DNA of 64,000 bases from a virus (IMGVR_UViG_3300026549_000045:32001-96000); one strand, 5' to 3'. Counted from the stretch's first letter, positions 18,491 to 28,925 are shown. Made by a program: numbers and translations. Notes: generated from the sequence alone by a model not told the origin.

Positions 18491-19192
18491 ATGCAGAAGA
18501 TAATGTTTGAGCACCGCAGATTCGGGTTGGAACAGGCGGTGATAGACAGACTGAAAGGAATGACGCGGCGCACGGCAAAGTTGCCAGATGGACTTGAACC
18601 AAGCGACGTGTGGAATCCTGTAATGGGAATTGACAGCAAAGGCAGGGTGTATTTTACGGTGGACTGCATAGACGGTAAGCAACGCGACCTGTACCCACGA
18701 TACCAGATAGGCGAAGAAGTTGCTGTGGCGCAGAGCTATCTCGACATCAAGGGACGTAAGAAGCTCTTCGACCCAAAAGACTGGTGGGAGATAGAAGCAG
18801 CGCATAACAAGCCAATGCACGCCATCAAGGGAGTCGATAATAAAATGTATGTCAAAGCCGACCTGATGCCCCACCGCATCAAGATTACGAACATCAAGCT
18901 GGAGCGGATGCAGGACATATCGGACGAGGACTGCCGCAAGGAAGGTATCATCTATGTGAAGTGGCGACAATATCCAGAGCCGTTCAGTGATCGCTATGTT
19001 GACCACGACCTGTGGACGCTTCCTAAATACGAGCAGCAATTTACCGACGCATGGTCGGACGATGACCCTGACGCATGGGCTGCCGAAAGTCCAAAAACCG
19101 CCTTCACCGTGCTTATTCGCAAGATGTGTGGAAAGAAAGCATGGGACTCGAATCCTTGGGTATTCGTGTATCAATTTGAACTGATTAAATAA
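18491..19192 (+). CDS. ASCH/PUA-like phage protein
   Basis: KGMTRR, IKITNIKLERMQDISDEDCRKEGI, WDSNPWVFVYQF. Confidence 0.75.
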   Translation: MQKIMFEHRRFGLEQAVIDRLKGMTRRTAKLPDGLEPSDVWNPVMGIDSKGRVYFTVDCIDGKQRDLYPRYQIGEEVAVAQSYLDIKGRKKLFDPKDWWEIEAAHNKPMHAIKGVDNKMYVKADLMPHRIKITNIKLERMQDISDEDCRKEGIIYVKWRQYPEPFSDRYVDHDLWTLPKYEQQFTDAWSDDDPDAWAAESPKTAFTVLIRKMCGKKAWDSNPWVFVYQFELIK

Positions 19193-19212
19193 TAATTTAA
19201 AGCTACAACATT

Positions 19213-19353
19213 ATGAAGACAAACGAAATTATTGAAAAGAAAGTCATCGCCCTGCACAAAGAGGGTTGGCAAGTACCTAACATCGCCAGCATTGCCCGTG
19301 TAAAACCAGACGTGGTAAAGCAGATATTGAGAGAGAAGAACCTGCTGATGTAA
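19213..19353 (+). CDS. 46-aa HTH-like protein (not in ORF track)
   Basis: MKTNEIIEKKVIALHKEGWQVPNIASIARVKPDVVKQILREKNLLM, preceded by the AAAGCTACAACATT leader. Confidence 0.65.
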   Translation: MKTNEIIEKKVIALHKEGWQVPNIASIARVKPDVVKQILREKNLLM

Positions 19354-19361
19354 TACAGGCT

Positions 19362-19868
19362 ATGGCAAAACATGGATTAACAGTAGCAAAGGCTACTAAG
19401 GAAGAGTTCAAGCGTGTTTGGGATTGGCTTCATACAATGGAGGCGCTGTTTGACGGGCGCGGCATGTTCAGCACAGAAGAAGATTGGCGTGAGTGGGATG
19501 ACGATGAGCCTGCAAAGAAACAGCTGCTGCAGATAGAAAAGGAAGTTATCGAAAGCGATGGTGCTATGTGGGATGGAAAGGCTGATAACGATCGCGTGCT
19601 TTTCCTGTGGATGAAGCGGTCTTTTCTGAAAGCGAATAAATCAGGGAGTATAGGGCGCATACTCTTCGATTGTGAGACACTGATAGAGAATGCCTGCGAC
19701 CCGAAGTTGGACTATTTGGAGTTTAAACCCAGCATAATGTATGCTGAACGTAACGCTTTGGAGAAGGTAAATAAAATCATTAGCCGTGGCGAACTGAAAG
19801 GGCGGAACCCGCAGAAGATAATTGCATCCATCAAGAAACTGATCGAGAAATCAAAAAAGGAGGATTGA
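19362..19868 (+). CDS. Hypothetical protein
   Basis: 168 aa, operon packing. Confidence 0.7.
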   Translation: MAKHGLTVAKATKEEFKRVWDWLHTMEALFDGRGMFSTEEDWREWDDDEPAKKQLLQIEKEVIESDGAMWDGKADNDRVLFLWMKRSFLKANKSGSIGRILFDCETLIENACDPKLDYLEFKPSIMYAERNALEKVNKIISRGELKGRNPQKIIASIKKLIEKSKKED

Positions 19869-19871
19869 ACA

Positions 19872-20294
19872 ATGGCAAATGAAGTAGTTTGTAACTCGTT
19901 TCACGATACGCTGAATTGTGGTATGCGTGAAATTCATAAAATTGAGTTGGCAGCCATCGAAGATATCTTGCGCCATCATATCGAGAATCCAATAGAAGGA
20001 GAACTGACACGTGAGAAAGTAAAACGTGCTGGAGTCCGTTGTATAGTGTACGACGCTGACATGAACGGAGAGTATATGCCGGATATGAAATGGGAGGATG
20101 GCAACTTGAAATTAGAGATCACGAGTCCGCTACTTGGTATAGCACAGGGTGAATGGCTGATTGGACGTAACGGCATCCGTCGCAGGTTGACAGAGAAAGA
20201 AGAGGCATACCTGTCAAGACTGGAGCAGGAAGAATGGATGGAAGAAATGGGATTAAACAAGAATAGAGAACTGAGCAATGAAACCGATACTTGA
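19872..20294 (+). CDS. Hypothetical protein
   Basis: 140 aa, AGGAGG upstream. Confidence 0.7.
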   Translation: MANEVVCNSFHDTLNCGMREIHKIELAAIEDILRHHIENPIEGELTREKVKRAGVRCIVYDADMNGEYMPDMKWEDGNLKLEITSPLLGIAQGEWLIGRNGIRRRLTEKEEAYLSRLEQEEWMEEMGLNKNRELSNETDT

Positions 20295-20784
20295 TGCCTG
20301 TTGCGGCGGTAAGATGTTCTACTTCGACAAGGACGATCCACGTGTATTGTTCCAAGATGTTCGCTGCATTGAAACGAAGTTGAAGGACAGAGGGAAACTC
20401 AGAACTTTCTCTGTTAGCCCAGATGTGCAGGCCGACTTTACGTCTATGCCGCATGCCGACAATATGTTTCGTATGGTCGTTTTTGACCCCCCCCATTTGA
20501 AATACACGGGCTCAAAGAAGGAGGCTCAGAACTGGCAGATGGTGAAGTACGGTTGGTTGCCTGCTCATGGCTGGAAGGATATCTTGCGTAAGGGATTCGC
20601 TGAGTGCTTTCGTGTATTACAGCCAGGTGGCTTCCTTATCTTTAAGTGGAACGAGACAGACATCAAAGTCTCTGAGGTGTTGGAATTGACAGAACATAAG
20701 CCAATCTTCGGTCATATCAGCGGCAAACGTGCCAACACCCATTGGATATGTTTTATGAAACCAGAAGAAAGTATTGACAAATAA
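20278..20784 (+). CDS. SAM-dependent (probable DNA amino-) methyltransferase
   Basis: ILDACCGGKMF, VVFDPPH, ECFRVLQPGG.LIFKWNE. Confidence 0.8.
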   Translation: MKPILDACCGGKMFYFDKDDPRVLFQDVRCIETKLKDRGKLRTFSVSPDVQADFTSMPHADNMFRMVVFDPPHLKYTGSKKEAQNWQMVKYGWLPAHGWKDILRKGFAECFRVLQPGGFLIFKWNETDIKVSEVLELTEHKPIFGHISGKRANTHWICFMKPEESIDK

Positions 20785-20793
20785 ATAACGACT

Positions 20794-21162
20794 ATGCAGA
20801 CATTACAGATTATCACTACGCTAATGAGCATCATGTGTTATGGCGCGATGACATTTTTAGCCAGTTTTGCTTTCGTCAGGCTCCGCAGGCTAAGCAATGA
20901 GGTTGGCAGACTTCACCACGATGTACATACAACGCTGTGCATCACGATGGGCGAGCACATCCGCAACAACGTTGATGAACTGAACAATATGAAGGAACGC
21001 CTTGAAGAGCTGCTGGAAGATGAGCGCTTTGAGGATGCCGGAAGGTTGAAGAAAATCATCGAACATCAGGAACATCTGATAGAACAGTCAATAGCCAGAT
21101 TCAAAAATGTTTTTGGTGAGGATGCCGTGAGAGTTGAGATGACGAAGTTTAGAGTGAATTAA
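20794..21162 (+). CDS. Membrane-anchored protein with UVR (UvrB/C)-like coil
   Basis: N-terminal hydrophobic helix; LEELLEDERFEDAGRLKKII. Confidence 0.65.
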   Translation: MQTLQIITTLMSIMCYGAMTFLASFAFVRLRRLSNEVGRLHHDVHTTLCITMGEHIRNNVDELNNMKERLEELLEDERFEDAGRLKKIIEHQEHLIEQSIARFKNVFGEDAVRVEMTKFRVN

Positions 21163-21172
21163 GTTTGAAACT

Positions 21173-21655
21173 ATGGCAAAAGAATATGTAAACCATCCTG
21201 CACATTACAATCAGCATCCTGCTGGTATTGAATGTATCGACATCATCAGACATTATACCTGTGATATCGCTAATGCTATCAAATATCTGTGGAGAGCTGG
21301 GCTAAAACCTGAAATGGGGAAACAGGATGCAGAGAAAGAGATAGAAGATTTGCACAAGGCCCTATGGTATATCACGGACTATATGACAATGTGCGCAACA
21401 CTTGGCAGACAGCACCGATACTTGGGGTGCGCTGCCAGTGTGGTACTACTTCGACTGACCGGACATGGCATTGACGATGTTGTCAATGGCTACGAGGAGA
21501 ATGTGGCCACCGCAATGAGTGGACTGCTACGTATTGGTATTATCAGCGAAAATACTGTCTATGCTGTTATGGAATGGGAGTTTTGGATTGATAAAGCTCA
21601 GAAAGCCATCATACAGCGTATTGACGATATTGAGGAGCAAATGAATGAGGGCTGA
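21173..21655 (+). CDS. DUF3310 (SaV-like) protein
   Basis: VNHPAHY...IECID...NAIKYLWRAGLK...EDLHKALWY. Confidence 0.8.
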   Translation: MAKEYVNHPAHYNQHPAGIECIDIIRHYTCDIANAIKYLWRAGLKPEMGKQDAEKEIEDLHKALWYITDYMTMCATLGRQHRYLGCAASVVLLRLTGHGIDDVVNGYEENVATAMSGLLRIGIISENTVYAVMEWEFWIDKAQKAIIQRIDDIEEQMNEG

Positions 21656-22094
21656 ACGTATGGACGACAACTGGAAAGAACTGCCTGCAGACAAGTCGCT
21701 TATGTCTCAGCAAGAAGGTGAGCATGTACCCATTGGGAATATCATTGTCACCAGTGAGATTGACGAGAAGTTGAGAGCTGCTGCAGATGCCTATCTGAAA
21801 GAGCAACTCCCAGACTGTAAGATAAAACGCTGGATTGACGACGTGGTACTGGAACGACTGAAGGAACAGGAGAACTGGCCAAAGGGTACGGAGGTGATTA
21901 TCTACTGCCATAACGAGGATCGTGATGCGATAAAGGCCGAGGTGGAGTGCAAGGGATATAAGATTGCGGGCTATGTGTCTTGCAACGAAGACTGGTTTCT
22001 CGCTGATGCTATCAAGAAAGGACAATATGTGATGACGAAGAAGGAGGTTGTCCAATGGAATCCCAATCCAAGCACCCTCATTACGCTCGTATGA
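21645..22094 (+). CDS. Hypothetical protein
   Basis: 149 aa. Confidence 0.65.
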   Translation: MRAERMDDNWKELPADKSLMSQQEGEHVPIGNIIVTSEIDEKLRAAADAYLKEQLPDCKIKRWIDDVVLERLKEQENWPKGTEVIIYCHNEDRDAIKAEVECKGYKIAGYVSCNEDWFLADAIKKGQYVMTKKEVVQWNPNPSTLITLV

Positions 22095-22164
22095 ACTTTT
22101 GAAAACAAAAATAAAGAAGGACTGAATATGATTAATAAGAATAACAAATAAAAGCTACAACATT

Positions 22165-22527
22165 ATGACAAAAAATGATTTCAAGAAACTGGTGCCTGAC
22201 GTAATGTGTCAGGACTTGGTAGTAACGACTGACAACCCTGCAACATTGAGCGAAAAGGCTCGTAACGTGGCCGACATGATGGAGACGGGTCTGATAGCAT
22301 ACGACTTTACTGGAACTGCAAAGGGCTACCGTCTGAAAGTGTTCACCAGTTATGCCTTTAAGACGTTTCTCGACGCATTGAAGCCAGGTGAAAAGGTGAC
22401 TAATGCGCGTGGCCGTGAGTTCACTATTGAGAGTGAGCCTTATGTTGAAAACCTCAGAATGTGTGTCCGTGCCAATGGAGACTCATGGTTTTGTGATACA
22501 ATTTACGATAAAGATAAGGAGTATTAG
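22165..22527 (+). CDS. Hypothetical protein
   Basis: 120 aa with the shared AAAGCTACAACATT leader. Confidence 0.7.
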   Translation: MTKNDFKKLVPDVMCQDLVVTTDNPATLSEKARNVADMMETGLIAYDFTGTAKGYRLKVFTSYAFKTFLDALKPGEKVTNARGREFTIESEPYVENLRMCVRANGDSWFCDTIYDKDKEY

Positions 22528-22529
22528 TT

Positions 22530-22853
22530 ATGGCTTACGGAGTATGTAAAGTATGTGGATGCACAGACAAAGATCCGTGTCACAATCCTGAACACGGTAA
22601 CTGTTGGTGGGTAGACGACACGCATGAGTTATGTAGCCATTGTGCAGACCCTGAGATTGCGAACCATCCTGCCACCCAGCATCGTATTAACAGTAATGGA
22701 TTCGACCCATACCCAGGTATTGAACGTAAAGACCTTGCATCATTGGGATGTCCATACCCCGATGATGATGGTGAGATGTGTTCTGAATGTTCTCATTATA
22801 ACTCCTCCAGTGTTTTTACGGGAGAGTGTGATTTAGGAATTAAAATAGTATGA
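22530..22853 (+). CDS. Cys-rich putative zinc-binding protein
   Basis: CKVCGCTDKDPC...CWWVD...LCSHC. Confidence 0.7.
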   Translation: MAYGVCKVCGCTDKDPCHNPEHGNCWWVDDTHELCSHCADPEIANHPATQHRINSNGFDPYPGIERKDLASLGCPYPDDDGEMCSECSHYNSSSVFTGECDLGIKIV

Positions 22854-22875
22854 TGAAAAATAAAGGCATAACATT

Positions 22876-23604
22876 ATGAGACTGAAACACATTACATTTA
22901 CCGGCATTGATGCAAAGACTGACATCAAGTCTCTACAGGAGATTCAGAAAGAGTATCCTATAGCAGAGTTCGGAGTGTTGACAAGTTACCACTGGTACGA
23001 GAATGGAAATCGCTATCCCGACTTGCGAGAAATGAAGCCTTGGCTGAAATACCACGGGCTGAACCTTGCGCTGCACCTGTGTGGCTCGGCGGCCCACGAT
23101 GCTGCCTATGGGAGTTATGACGATATCCACTTCCTGACCTATGGCATGTATCCTTACTTCCAGCGCATACAACTGAACATTGCCAACCGCAGCGACAACC
23201 CGAAGCAGGTGGCAGCTGCTGACTACGGACAGGAAATCATTGTGCAACAGCGCGACATCGAAAGCCTGACACTCTTCAATGATACGTTGGAGAAGTGGAA
23301 GCCTTATCTTGGCGATGTGTCGGTATTGCTCGACGCATCGGGCGGTCAGGGTATCGACACACCCATCAAGGTGTTGCCGAATGCAGGAAAGCCGTTCAAG
23401 GTTGGCTATGCCGGAGGCTTCAATCCCGAAAACGTAGCCGACAAGCTACACTATCTGCTGACCAACGACGAGGTGGGTGACTTCTGGATTGATATGGAGA
23501 GCGGTGTACGCACAGATGACTGGTTTGATCTGGACAAAGTGAGACGTGTGCTTGCTATTTGCAACGAAGTGATTAGAGACTTACACATTGAGGAAGACGT
23601 ATGA
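22876..23604 (+). CDS. TrpF/PRAI-like TIM-barrel protein
   Basis: LLDASGGQG, VGYAGGFNPENV, WIDMESGVR. Confidence 0.7.
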   Translation: MRLKHITFTGIDAKTDIKSLQEIQKEYPIAEFGVLTSYHWYENGNRYPDLREMKPWLKYHGLNLALHLCGSAAHDAAYGSYDDIHFLTYGMYPYFQRIQLNIANRSDNPKQVAAADYGQEIIVQQRDIESLTLFNDTLEKWKPYLGDVSVLLDASGGQGIDTPIKVLPNAGKPFKVGYAGGFNPENVADKLHYLLTNDEVGDFWIDMESGVRTDDWFDLDKVRRVLAICNEVIRDLHIEEDV

Positions 23605-24071
23605 TTCTGCACAGATTTATGTCGAAGCGTGAGTACGATGCGTTGATGGCTGGTAAGCAGTTGGTGAATACCATCGACCACGGAGCACAAGGCGAGAGAT
23701 CAAGCAGCATAGGCTTCTGCTTTTTCCCGGAAGAACCAAGCGAGGCAATCCACTGGTTGTCGTTCATAGTTGATGCAGACTTTTGTGTCACAATGGAGAT
23801 ACCAGGTCATTTGGTTACGGCATCGAAGGGACGCTATCGTGATGTGGAAAAAGATAAAGGTAACGGATTGTTTGACGAGCCGCCGATGCTATGGCGAACG
23901 GAATACTGCGCTACGGAGTATAGTCTTCAACAGGTGCAAGTGCTTCACGTTACCGAAGAATACCGACTTTACGGTCGCATACCTGAGAACGCATCATTCT
24001 GGGAGCGCATCGAGCGCTGCAGACTGATTGGAGAAATGGAGAATAAACGTAGAAAGAACTGCAATGGATAA
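23601..24071 (+). CDS. Hypothetical protein
   Basis: 156 aa, ATGA overlap with upstream stop. Confidence 0.7.
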   Translation: MILHRFMSKREYDALMAGKQLVNTIDHGAQGERSSSIGFCFFPEEPSEAIHWLSFIVDADFCVTMEIPGHLVTASKGRYRDVEKDKGNGLFDEPPMLWRTEYCATEYSLQQVQVLHVTEEYRLYGRIPENASFWERIERCRLIGEMENKRRKNCNG

Positions 24072-24549
24072 ACGACAACAGCATAACAAGGTAGTATCGT
24101 CCGACGAGTGGTACACGCCACGGTGGATCATTGACGAACTGGGACCATTCGACCTTGACCCATGCTCGCCAATAGTAAAGCCCTACGAGATAGCACCCGT
24201 GTCGTACACCAAGGAGGACAACGGTCTGGCGAACGACTGGCACGGCACGGTATGGATGAATCCGCCGTATAGCCGCGTGCTACTGCGAGCTTTCTGCGAG
24301 AAGATGGCCGAGCACAATGACGGCATCGCCCTGCTGGTGAACCGCCAGGACAACCTGCTATGGCAGGAAGTCATCTTCCCAACCGCAAAGTCGATGATAT
24401 TCATGCGGCACCGTGTGAAATTCATCCATCCGGAAGGTAGAAGCTCGTCACCATTCACAGGGAGCTGTCTCGTGGCGTGTGGCGACAAATGTGACCGCCG
24501 ATTGCGTGAGAGTAAGATTGAAGGAAAGTATGTGGTATTAAACAGATAA
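24064..24549 (+). CDS. Phage Dam-type N6-adenine DNA methyltransferase
   Basis: SDEWYTP, FDLDPC, VWMNPPYS; start moved to ATG 24064. Confidence 0.85.
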   Translation: MDKRQQHNKVVSSDEWYTPRWIIDELGPFDLDPCSPIVKPYEIAPVSYTKEDNGLANDWHGTVWMNPPYSRVLLRAFCEKMAEHNDGIALLVNRQDNLLWQEVIFPTAKSMIFMRHRVKFIHPEGRSSSPFTGSCLVACGDKCDRRLRESKIEGKYVVLNR

Positions 24550-24555
24550 CAAATT

Positions 24556-24861
24556 ATGAAAAAAGCAATGTTTTACATCCTGTCAGCATTGACACTGATG
24601 TTTCTCGGCTTGAAGTTGGCCGACAAGATTGATTGGAGTTGGTGGTGGGTATTCTCGCCAGTATGGGTTCCAGTAGTGGCTTATGTTTTTATGACGGTGG
24701 CAAGCCAGTGCTACCTGATATATCAGTATAAGCACAACGAGCATTTCCGTAAAATCATGGACGACTATAGGGCAGTTAGAAAGCAATCGAAAACGACCCT
24801 TGCCGACAGATTGAAGGAGATGAAGGAGCAAAGAGCAAAGTTTGGAAACAAGGCGGATTGA
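24556..24861 (+). CDS. Small membrane protein
   Basis: LKLADKIDWSWWWVFSPVW, two hydrophobic segments. Confidence 0.7.
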   Translation: MKKAMFYILSALTLMFLGLKLADKIDWSWWWVFSPVWVPVVAYVFMTVASQCYLIYQYKHNEHFRKIMDDYRAVRKQSKTTLADRLKEMKEQRAKFGNKAD

Positions 24862-24863
24862 CT

Positions 24864-25097
24864 ATGACAGGTATTATAGTAATTCTGACTTCATATTTCA
24901 CAGTCTCCCTGTTTGCATTCTTTGGTATATGGAAGGAACTGGAAAATGACTATGACCGCTTCTGGGAACTGCCGAGAGCCGGCAGGATTCTTTGTCGGAC
25001 GTTTGCTATTCTGTTCTGGCCGATATACGTTATTCCATGTGCGGTGCAGTTGATATACATTCTTATGAGACGATTTTACGAATCATTTACTGAATAA
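24864..25097 (+). CDS. Small membrane protein
   Basis: Two hydrophobic helices, FWP motif. Confidence 0.6.
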   Translation: MTGIIVILTSYFTVSLFAFFGIWKELENDYDRFWELPRAGRILCRTFAILFWPIYVIPCAVQLIYILMRRFYESFTE

Positions 25098-25105
25098 GAA
25101 AAACT

Positions 25106-26716
25106 ATGAACAAGATCGAACTACTTTACATTGACCTCTTCTGCGGTGCTGGCGGTACATCAAGCGGTGTAGAGTATGCCCGCGTGGACGGCAAAAAGTG
25201 CGCCGAGGTCATAGCGTGCGTGAATCACGACAAGAATGCAATTCTTTCGCACCAGGCCAACCATCCGCACACGCTCCACTTTACCGAAGATATACGGACG
25301 CTGGAGTTGAGCCCAATGGTTGAGCACCTGCAGAAGATGAAAAAGAAGTACCCCAAGGCAAAGGTCGTACTGTGGGCCTCATTGGAATGTACGAACTTCT
25401 CAAAGGCAAAGGGAGGTCAGCCACGAGATGCTGACAGCCGCACATTGGCAGAGCATCTGTTTCGATACATTGAAGCCATTGATCCAGACTATATCCAGAT
25501 TGAGAACGTGGAGGAATTTATGTGCTGGGGAGCCTTGGATGAAAACGGCAAGCCTGTAAGCAAGGACCAAGGCAGCGACTATATGCGGTGGGTGAAGAAT
25601 GTTTGCAACTATGGTTACGATTTTGATTGGCGCATCCTGAATGCAGCAGACTTCGGAGCTTACACAAGCCGCAAGCGTTTCTTTGGGCAGTTTGCCCGTA
25701 AGGGTCTTCCTATTGCCTTCCCCATTCAGACATTTGCAAAGAATGGTGATGACGGTGGTATGTTCAAGATGTATAGCAAGTGGCGTGCTGTTCGTGACGT
25801 GCTTGACCTTGATGATGATGGCACAAGCATCTTTACTAAAAAGAAGCCGCTGTGTGAGAAGACACTGGAGCGCATCTATGCCGGGCTTGTAAAGTTTGTG
25901 GCGGGTGGCAAGAAGCAGCATGAAGCGTGGATCCTGAAGTACAACTCCATGAACAAGGACAATCATCACAATGCTCCATCGCTTGACGAGCCGTGTCCTA
26001 CGGTAGCTTGCCAGAATCGCCTTGGACTTGTAAAGTGCCAGTTCCTCTCGAAGCAGTTCAGTGGTGACCCGTCCGGCAAGAACATCGACATTGAACAGCC
26101 GGCAGGCACCGTCACCTGCAAGGACCACCATGCTTTTGTCACTGCATATTACGGCAACGGATTTAACAGTAGCATCGACGAGCCGTCTCCAACAATCACC
26201 ACTAAGGACAGAATTTCTCTGGTTTCGACAAAGTTTGTGGCTAACGAGTACAGTGGTGGCGGTCAGATATCTGACATCAACGACCCTTGCCCTGCTGTGC
26301 TGACCACACCAAAGCAGAAGATAGTATCGGCGCAGTATCTGATGAACCCCTATTCGTTCAAGAGCGACGGCGGCAGCATCGACAAGCCGTGCTTTACACT
26401 CATAGCCCGCATGGATAAGATGCCGCCATATCTGATTACTACCAAAGAAGGAGTCGTTGGTATTGCCATCTATGAGACGGACAGTCCTTGGACTCGCAAG
26501 GTGAAAGAGTTTATGGCCATGTACGGTATTGTGGATATCTGCATGCGTATGCTGAAAATTGACGAACTGAAACGCATCATGGGATTTCCGTCAGATTATG
26601 TGCTTGTCGGTACCCAGGCTGAGCAGAAGAAATATATAGGTAATGCTGTCGAGGTAAACATGAGTCGCGTACTATGCGAGGCTCTTTGCAAGAAACTTAA
26701 AAACATGGAGATATAA
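25106..26716 (+). CDS. C5-cytosine DNA methyltransferase
   Basis: IDLFCGAGG, ASLECTNFS, IENVEE, SRKRFF, RIMGFP, IGNAV. Confidence 0.92.
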   Translation: MNKIELLYIDLFCGAGGTSSGVEYARVDGKKCAEVIACVNHDKNAILSHQANHPHTLHFTEDIRTLELSPMVEHLQKMKKKYPKAKVVLWASLECTNFSKAKGGQPRDADSRTLAEHLFRYIEAIDPDYIQIENVEEFMCWGALDENGKPVSKDQGSDYMRWVKNVCNYGYDFDWRILNAADFGAYTSRKRFFGQFARKGLPIAFPIQTFAKNGDDGGMFKMYSKWRAVRDVLDLDDDGTSIFTKKKPLCEKTLERIYAGLVKFVAGGKKQHEAWILKYNSMNKDNHHNAPSLDEPCPTVACQNRLGLVKCQFLSKQFSGDPSGKNIDIEQPAGTVTCKDHHAFVTAYYGNGFNSSIDEPSPTITTKDRISLVSTKFVANEYSGGGQISDINDPCPAVLTTPKQKIVSAQYLMNPYSFKSDGGSIDKPCFTLIARMDKMPPYLITTKEGVVGIAIYETDSPWTRKVKEFMAMYGIVDICMRMLKIDELKRIMGFPSDYVLVGTQAEQKKYIGNAVEVNMSRVLCEALCKKLKNMEI

Positions 26717-26718
26717 TT

Positions 26719-27360
26719 ATGATGAAACTATTTAAACGAATCCTTGACTTCTTCAACATCCATCCTGATAAGAACCAGCGATGGACGCTATCAACAGTAT
26801 TTGTCGTCGGTTTGCTCTATACATACGTGCAGCCGGCCATCACTAAGGCGTGGGTGTCAGAGCTTCCTGCAGAGTGGATAGCCTTTCAGTCGCTGGCCTA
26901 TTCCATTTGCGGTTTGCTCATCGGCATGATCTGGAAAGGATGGGTTCGCCGCAAGGCTATTCAGTGGTTTACCATCCTCTGCATCATTGAGTCGGCGGCA
27001 GGCTTCTTTGTAGGTATGTGGCTCAGCTTTGTGGAGTACAATGTGTGGGTGTTGGCTATCGCCTGCCTGTTGTACGGTACGCTTATTTCGGAGTTTGTCG
27101 GCAAGTGTCTGATGACATTCCGTCCGAAGTTGTGGAACGAGCATGAGCGCGAGGTGTACGACAATAACAACGACGTGGTGTGTGGCATCTACTGTATTGT
27201 TGGCTATGCCTGTTCGTTGCTGTTCATGCCGTCGCTTCAGGTCGCCATGTTCGTATGGGGTCTTACGTGTGCTCTTGATAATATCGGATGGCTTGTGGTG
27301 TACCATAAGAACCGCGACAAGTTCAGGGAGATAGAGAACGAAACAACCAAAGAGAAGTGA
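26719..27360 (+). CDS. Polytopic membrane protein
   Basis: About six hydrophobic segments in 213 aa. Confidence 0.75.
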   Translation: MMKLFKRILDFFNIHPDKNQRWTLSTVFVVGLLYTYVQPAITKAWVSELPAEWIAFQSLAYSICGLLIGMIWKGWVRRKAIQWFTILCIIESAAGFFVGMWLSFVEYNVWVLAIACLLYGTLISEFVGKCLMTFRPKLWNEHEREVYDNNNDVVCGIYCIVGYACSLLFMPSLQVAMFVWGLTCALDNIGWLVVYHKNRDKFREIENETTKEK

Positions 27361-27361
27361 T

Positions 27362-27610
27362 ATGGGTCTGAATGAGAAAATGCTGCCTTTAGGCAAGACG
27401 AAGCAACACCGTACAGGTGACTGGCTCTACACTATGGAAGTGGTCGGCTGGAACGAGAAACTGAAATGCAACGTGTGGGCCGAGAAGTCGAAGAAATATT
27501 CTCCTGTTCCTCGTGTTAATACCTACCAGCTCGTTGAAGCCATGAAGGAGTCTGAAGACTGGGAGCATACAAGAAATATGGCAAAACGTATTCATAACGC
27601 AGCGAAGTAA
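27362..27610 (+). CDS. Hypothetical protein
   Basis: 82 aa, operon packing. Confidence 0.6.
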   Translation: MGLNEKMLPLGKTKQHRTGDWLYTMEVVGWNEKLKCNVWAEKSKKYSPVPRVNTYQLVEAMKESEDWEHTRNMAKRIHNAAK

Positions 27611-27625
27611 TAAAAACAAACGATT

Positions 27626-28150
27626 ATGCTGGTAAAACGAGAATTTCACAATATTGAGTGCGACTGTTGCGGACAGTTGCTTGATGAAGAAACGTGGTGG
27701 GATGATCAGGACGCGCTCACGACAACTATACTCCCTGAGTGCGGATGGATTGAGTGTGAGGGTGGTCGCCACTATTGCGACGAGTGCTGGACGCGCGACG
27801 ATGACGACAACATCGTGACTAAGGACGGGCGCAAGTGGGATGATTACGACCATAAGGAAATCAAGTCGTACCGCATGAACTATCTCGATCTGAGCGACGA
27901 CATGACGCTGACGCAGTTCCGCATGGAGCTGATAAAGGGCAAGGCGCTTTGCAATTCGATGGTCGGCACGCTCTACAAAGGTATGCTCATTGATGACCTC
28001 GCCGTCGGCAAGGAATGGTTTGAGAAACTGCTCACCGCCCGCAAGGGTACAGCAGAGTTCGACTGTTACTACACGTTCATGTCGCATGGCATCTTCCGCC
28101 TGGCGCAGAACGATGCTTACGAAAGAATGTATAACCACAACAAACAATAG
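27626..28150 (+). CDS. Putative zinc-finger protein
   Basis: CDCCG...HYCDEC. Confidence 0.65.
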   Translation: MLVKREFHNIECDCCGQLLDEETWWDDQDALTTTILPECGWIECEGGRHYCDECWTRDDDDNIVTKDGRKWDDYDHKEIKSYRMNYLDLSDDMTLTQFRMELIKGKALCNSMVGTLYKGMLIDDLAVGKEWFEKLLTARKGTAEFDCYYTFMSHGIFRLAQNDAYERMYNHNKQ

Positions 28151-28258
28151 ACAAATGAAGGAACTAATTAGAAGATTGGGTCAATATATCAATAATCATC
28201 ATGACCTAATAGTAGAAGCAATTTATTATAAACTTTGCGAAATTTATTATAAATAATT

Positions 28259-28561
28259 ATGGCAGAATGGCATTGGCATTATACTGACGAGGAACTGCCA
28301 GCGATAACGAGCGGAGACGGGACGAGCGACTACGTGCTTGCGTTCCCAGGTAGCGGATGTCTGCCGAAGGTGGTGAAATACTCCGACGGAAGCTATACAA
28401 AGCGCGGCTGGTGGACAACCGATTCCCGCCACCTCTCAATGCGGGAGTGTGGTCGCTATCGTTCGCGGCAGAGATTCCCCTTCTGGGCGAACATCGAGCA
28501 GCCGACATTCGAGAAACTATTGGAACAAGAAAAAGTAAATAACGACTATGCGAGAGATTAA
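28259..28561 (+). CDS. Hypothetical protein
   Basis: 100 aa. Confidence 0.6.
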   Translation: MAEWHWHYTDEELPAITSGDGTSDYVLAFPGSGCLPKVVKYSDGSYTKRGWWTTDSRHLSMRECGRYRSRQRFPFWANIEQPTFEKLLEQEKVNNDYARD

Positions 28562-28925
28562 ATTCAGAGCGAAAGACATTGCAAGCAACAAGTGGTTGTT
28601 TGGTGACCTTCGCCACCACAAGGACGATGTTTGCATCTTCGATCAAGGAGGCACGAAGGGTGAACAAGTGAAACGTGAGACCGTCGGTCAGTTCACAGGA
28701 CTGCGCGACATCAACGGCAAGGACATCTACGAGGGTGACATCCTCGATGTGAGCTATGCCGACGAGGAGAGTTATCTGGAGGTGCGCTTCGTTCGCGGCG
28801 TGTTCGCCTTCCTGTGGAACGGCGACCTCGACGACGAGTTCCCCTGCAACGCTCCCACCCATGAATGGGCTAAGGTTATCGGCAACATCTACGACAATCC
28901 TGAACTATTAAACAAGGAGGACTGA
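28548..28925 (+). CDS. YopX-family protein
   Basis: MREIKFRA, TVGQFTGLRDINGKDIYEGDIL, VIGNIYDNPELL. Confidence 0.92.
   Translation: MREIKFRAKDIASNKWLFGDLRHHKDDVCIFDQGGTKGEQVKRETVGQFTGLRDINGKDIYEGDILDVSYADEESYLEVRFVRGVFAFLWNGDLDDEFPCNAPTHEWAKVIGNIYDNPELLNKED

Noticed and set aside
22876-23604. trpF as an auxiliary tryptophan-pathway gene
   Set aside because: Only fold-level motifs and no other trp genes, so no symbol was assigned
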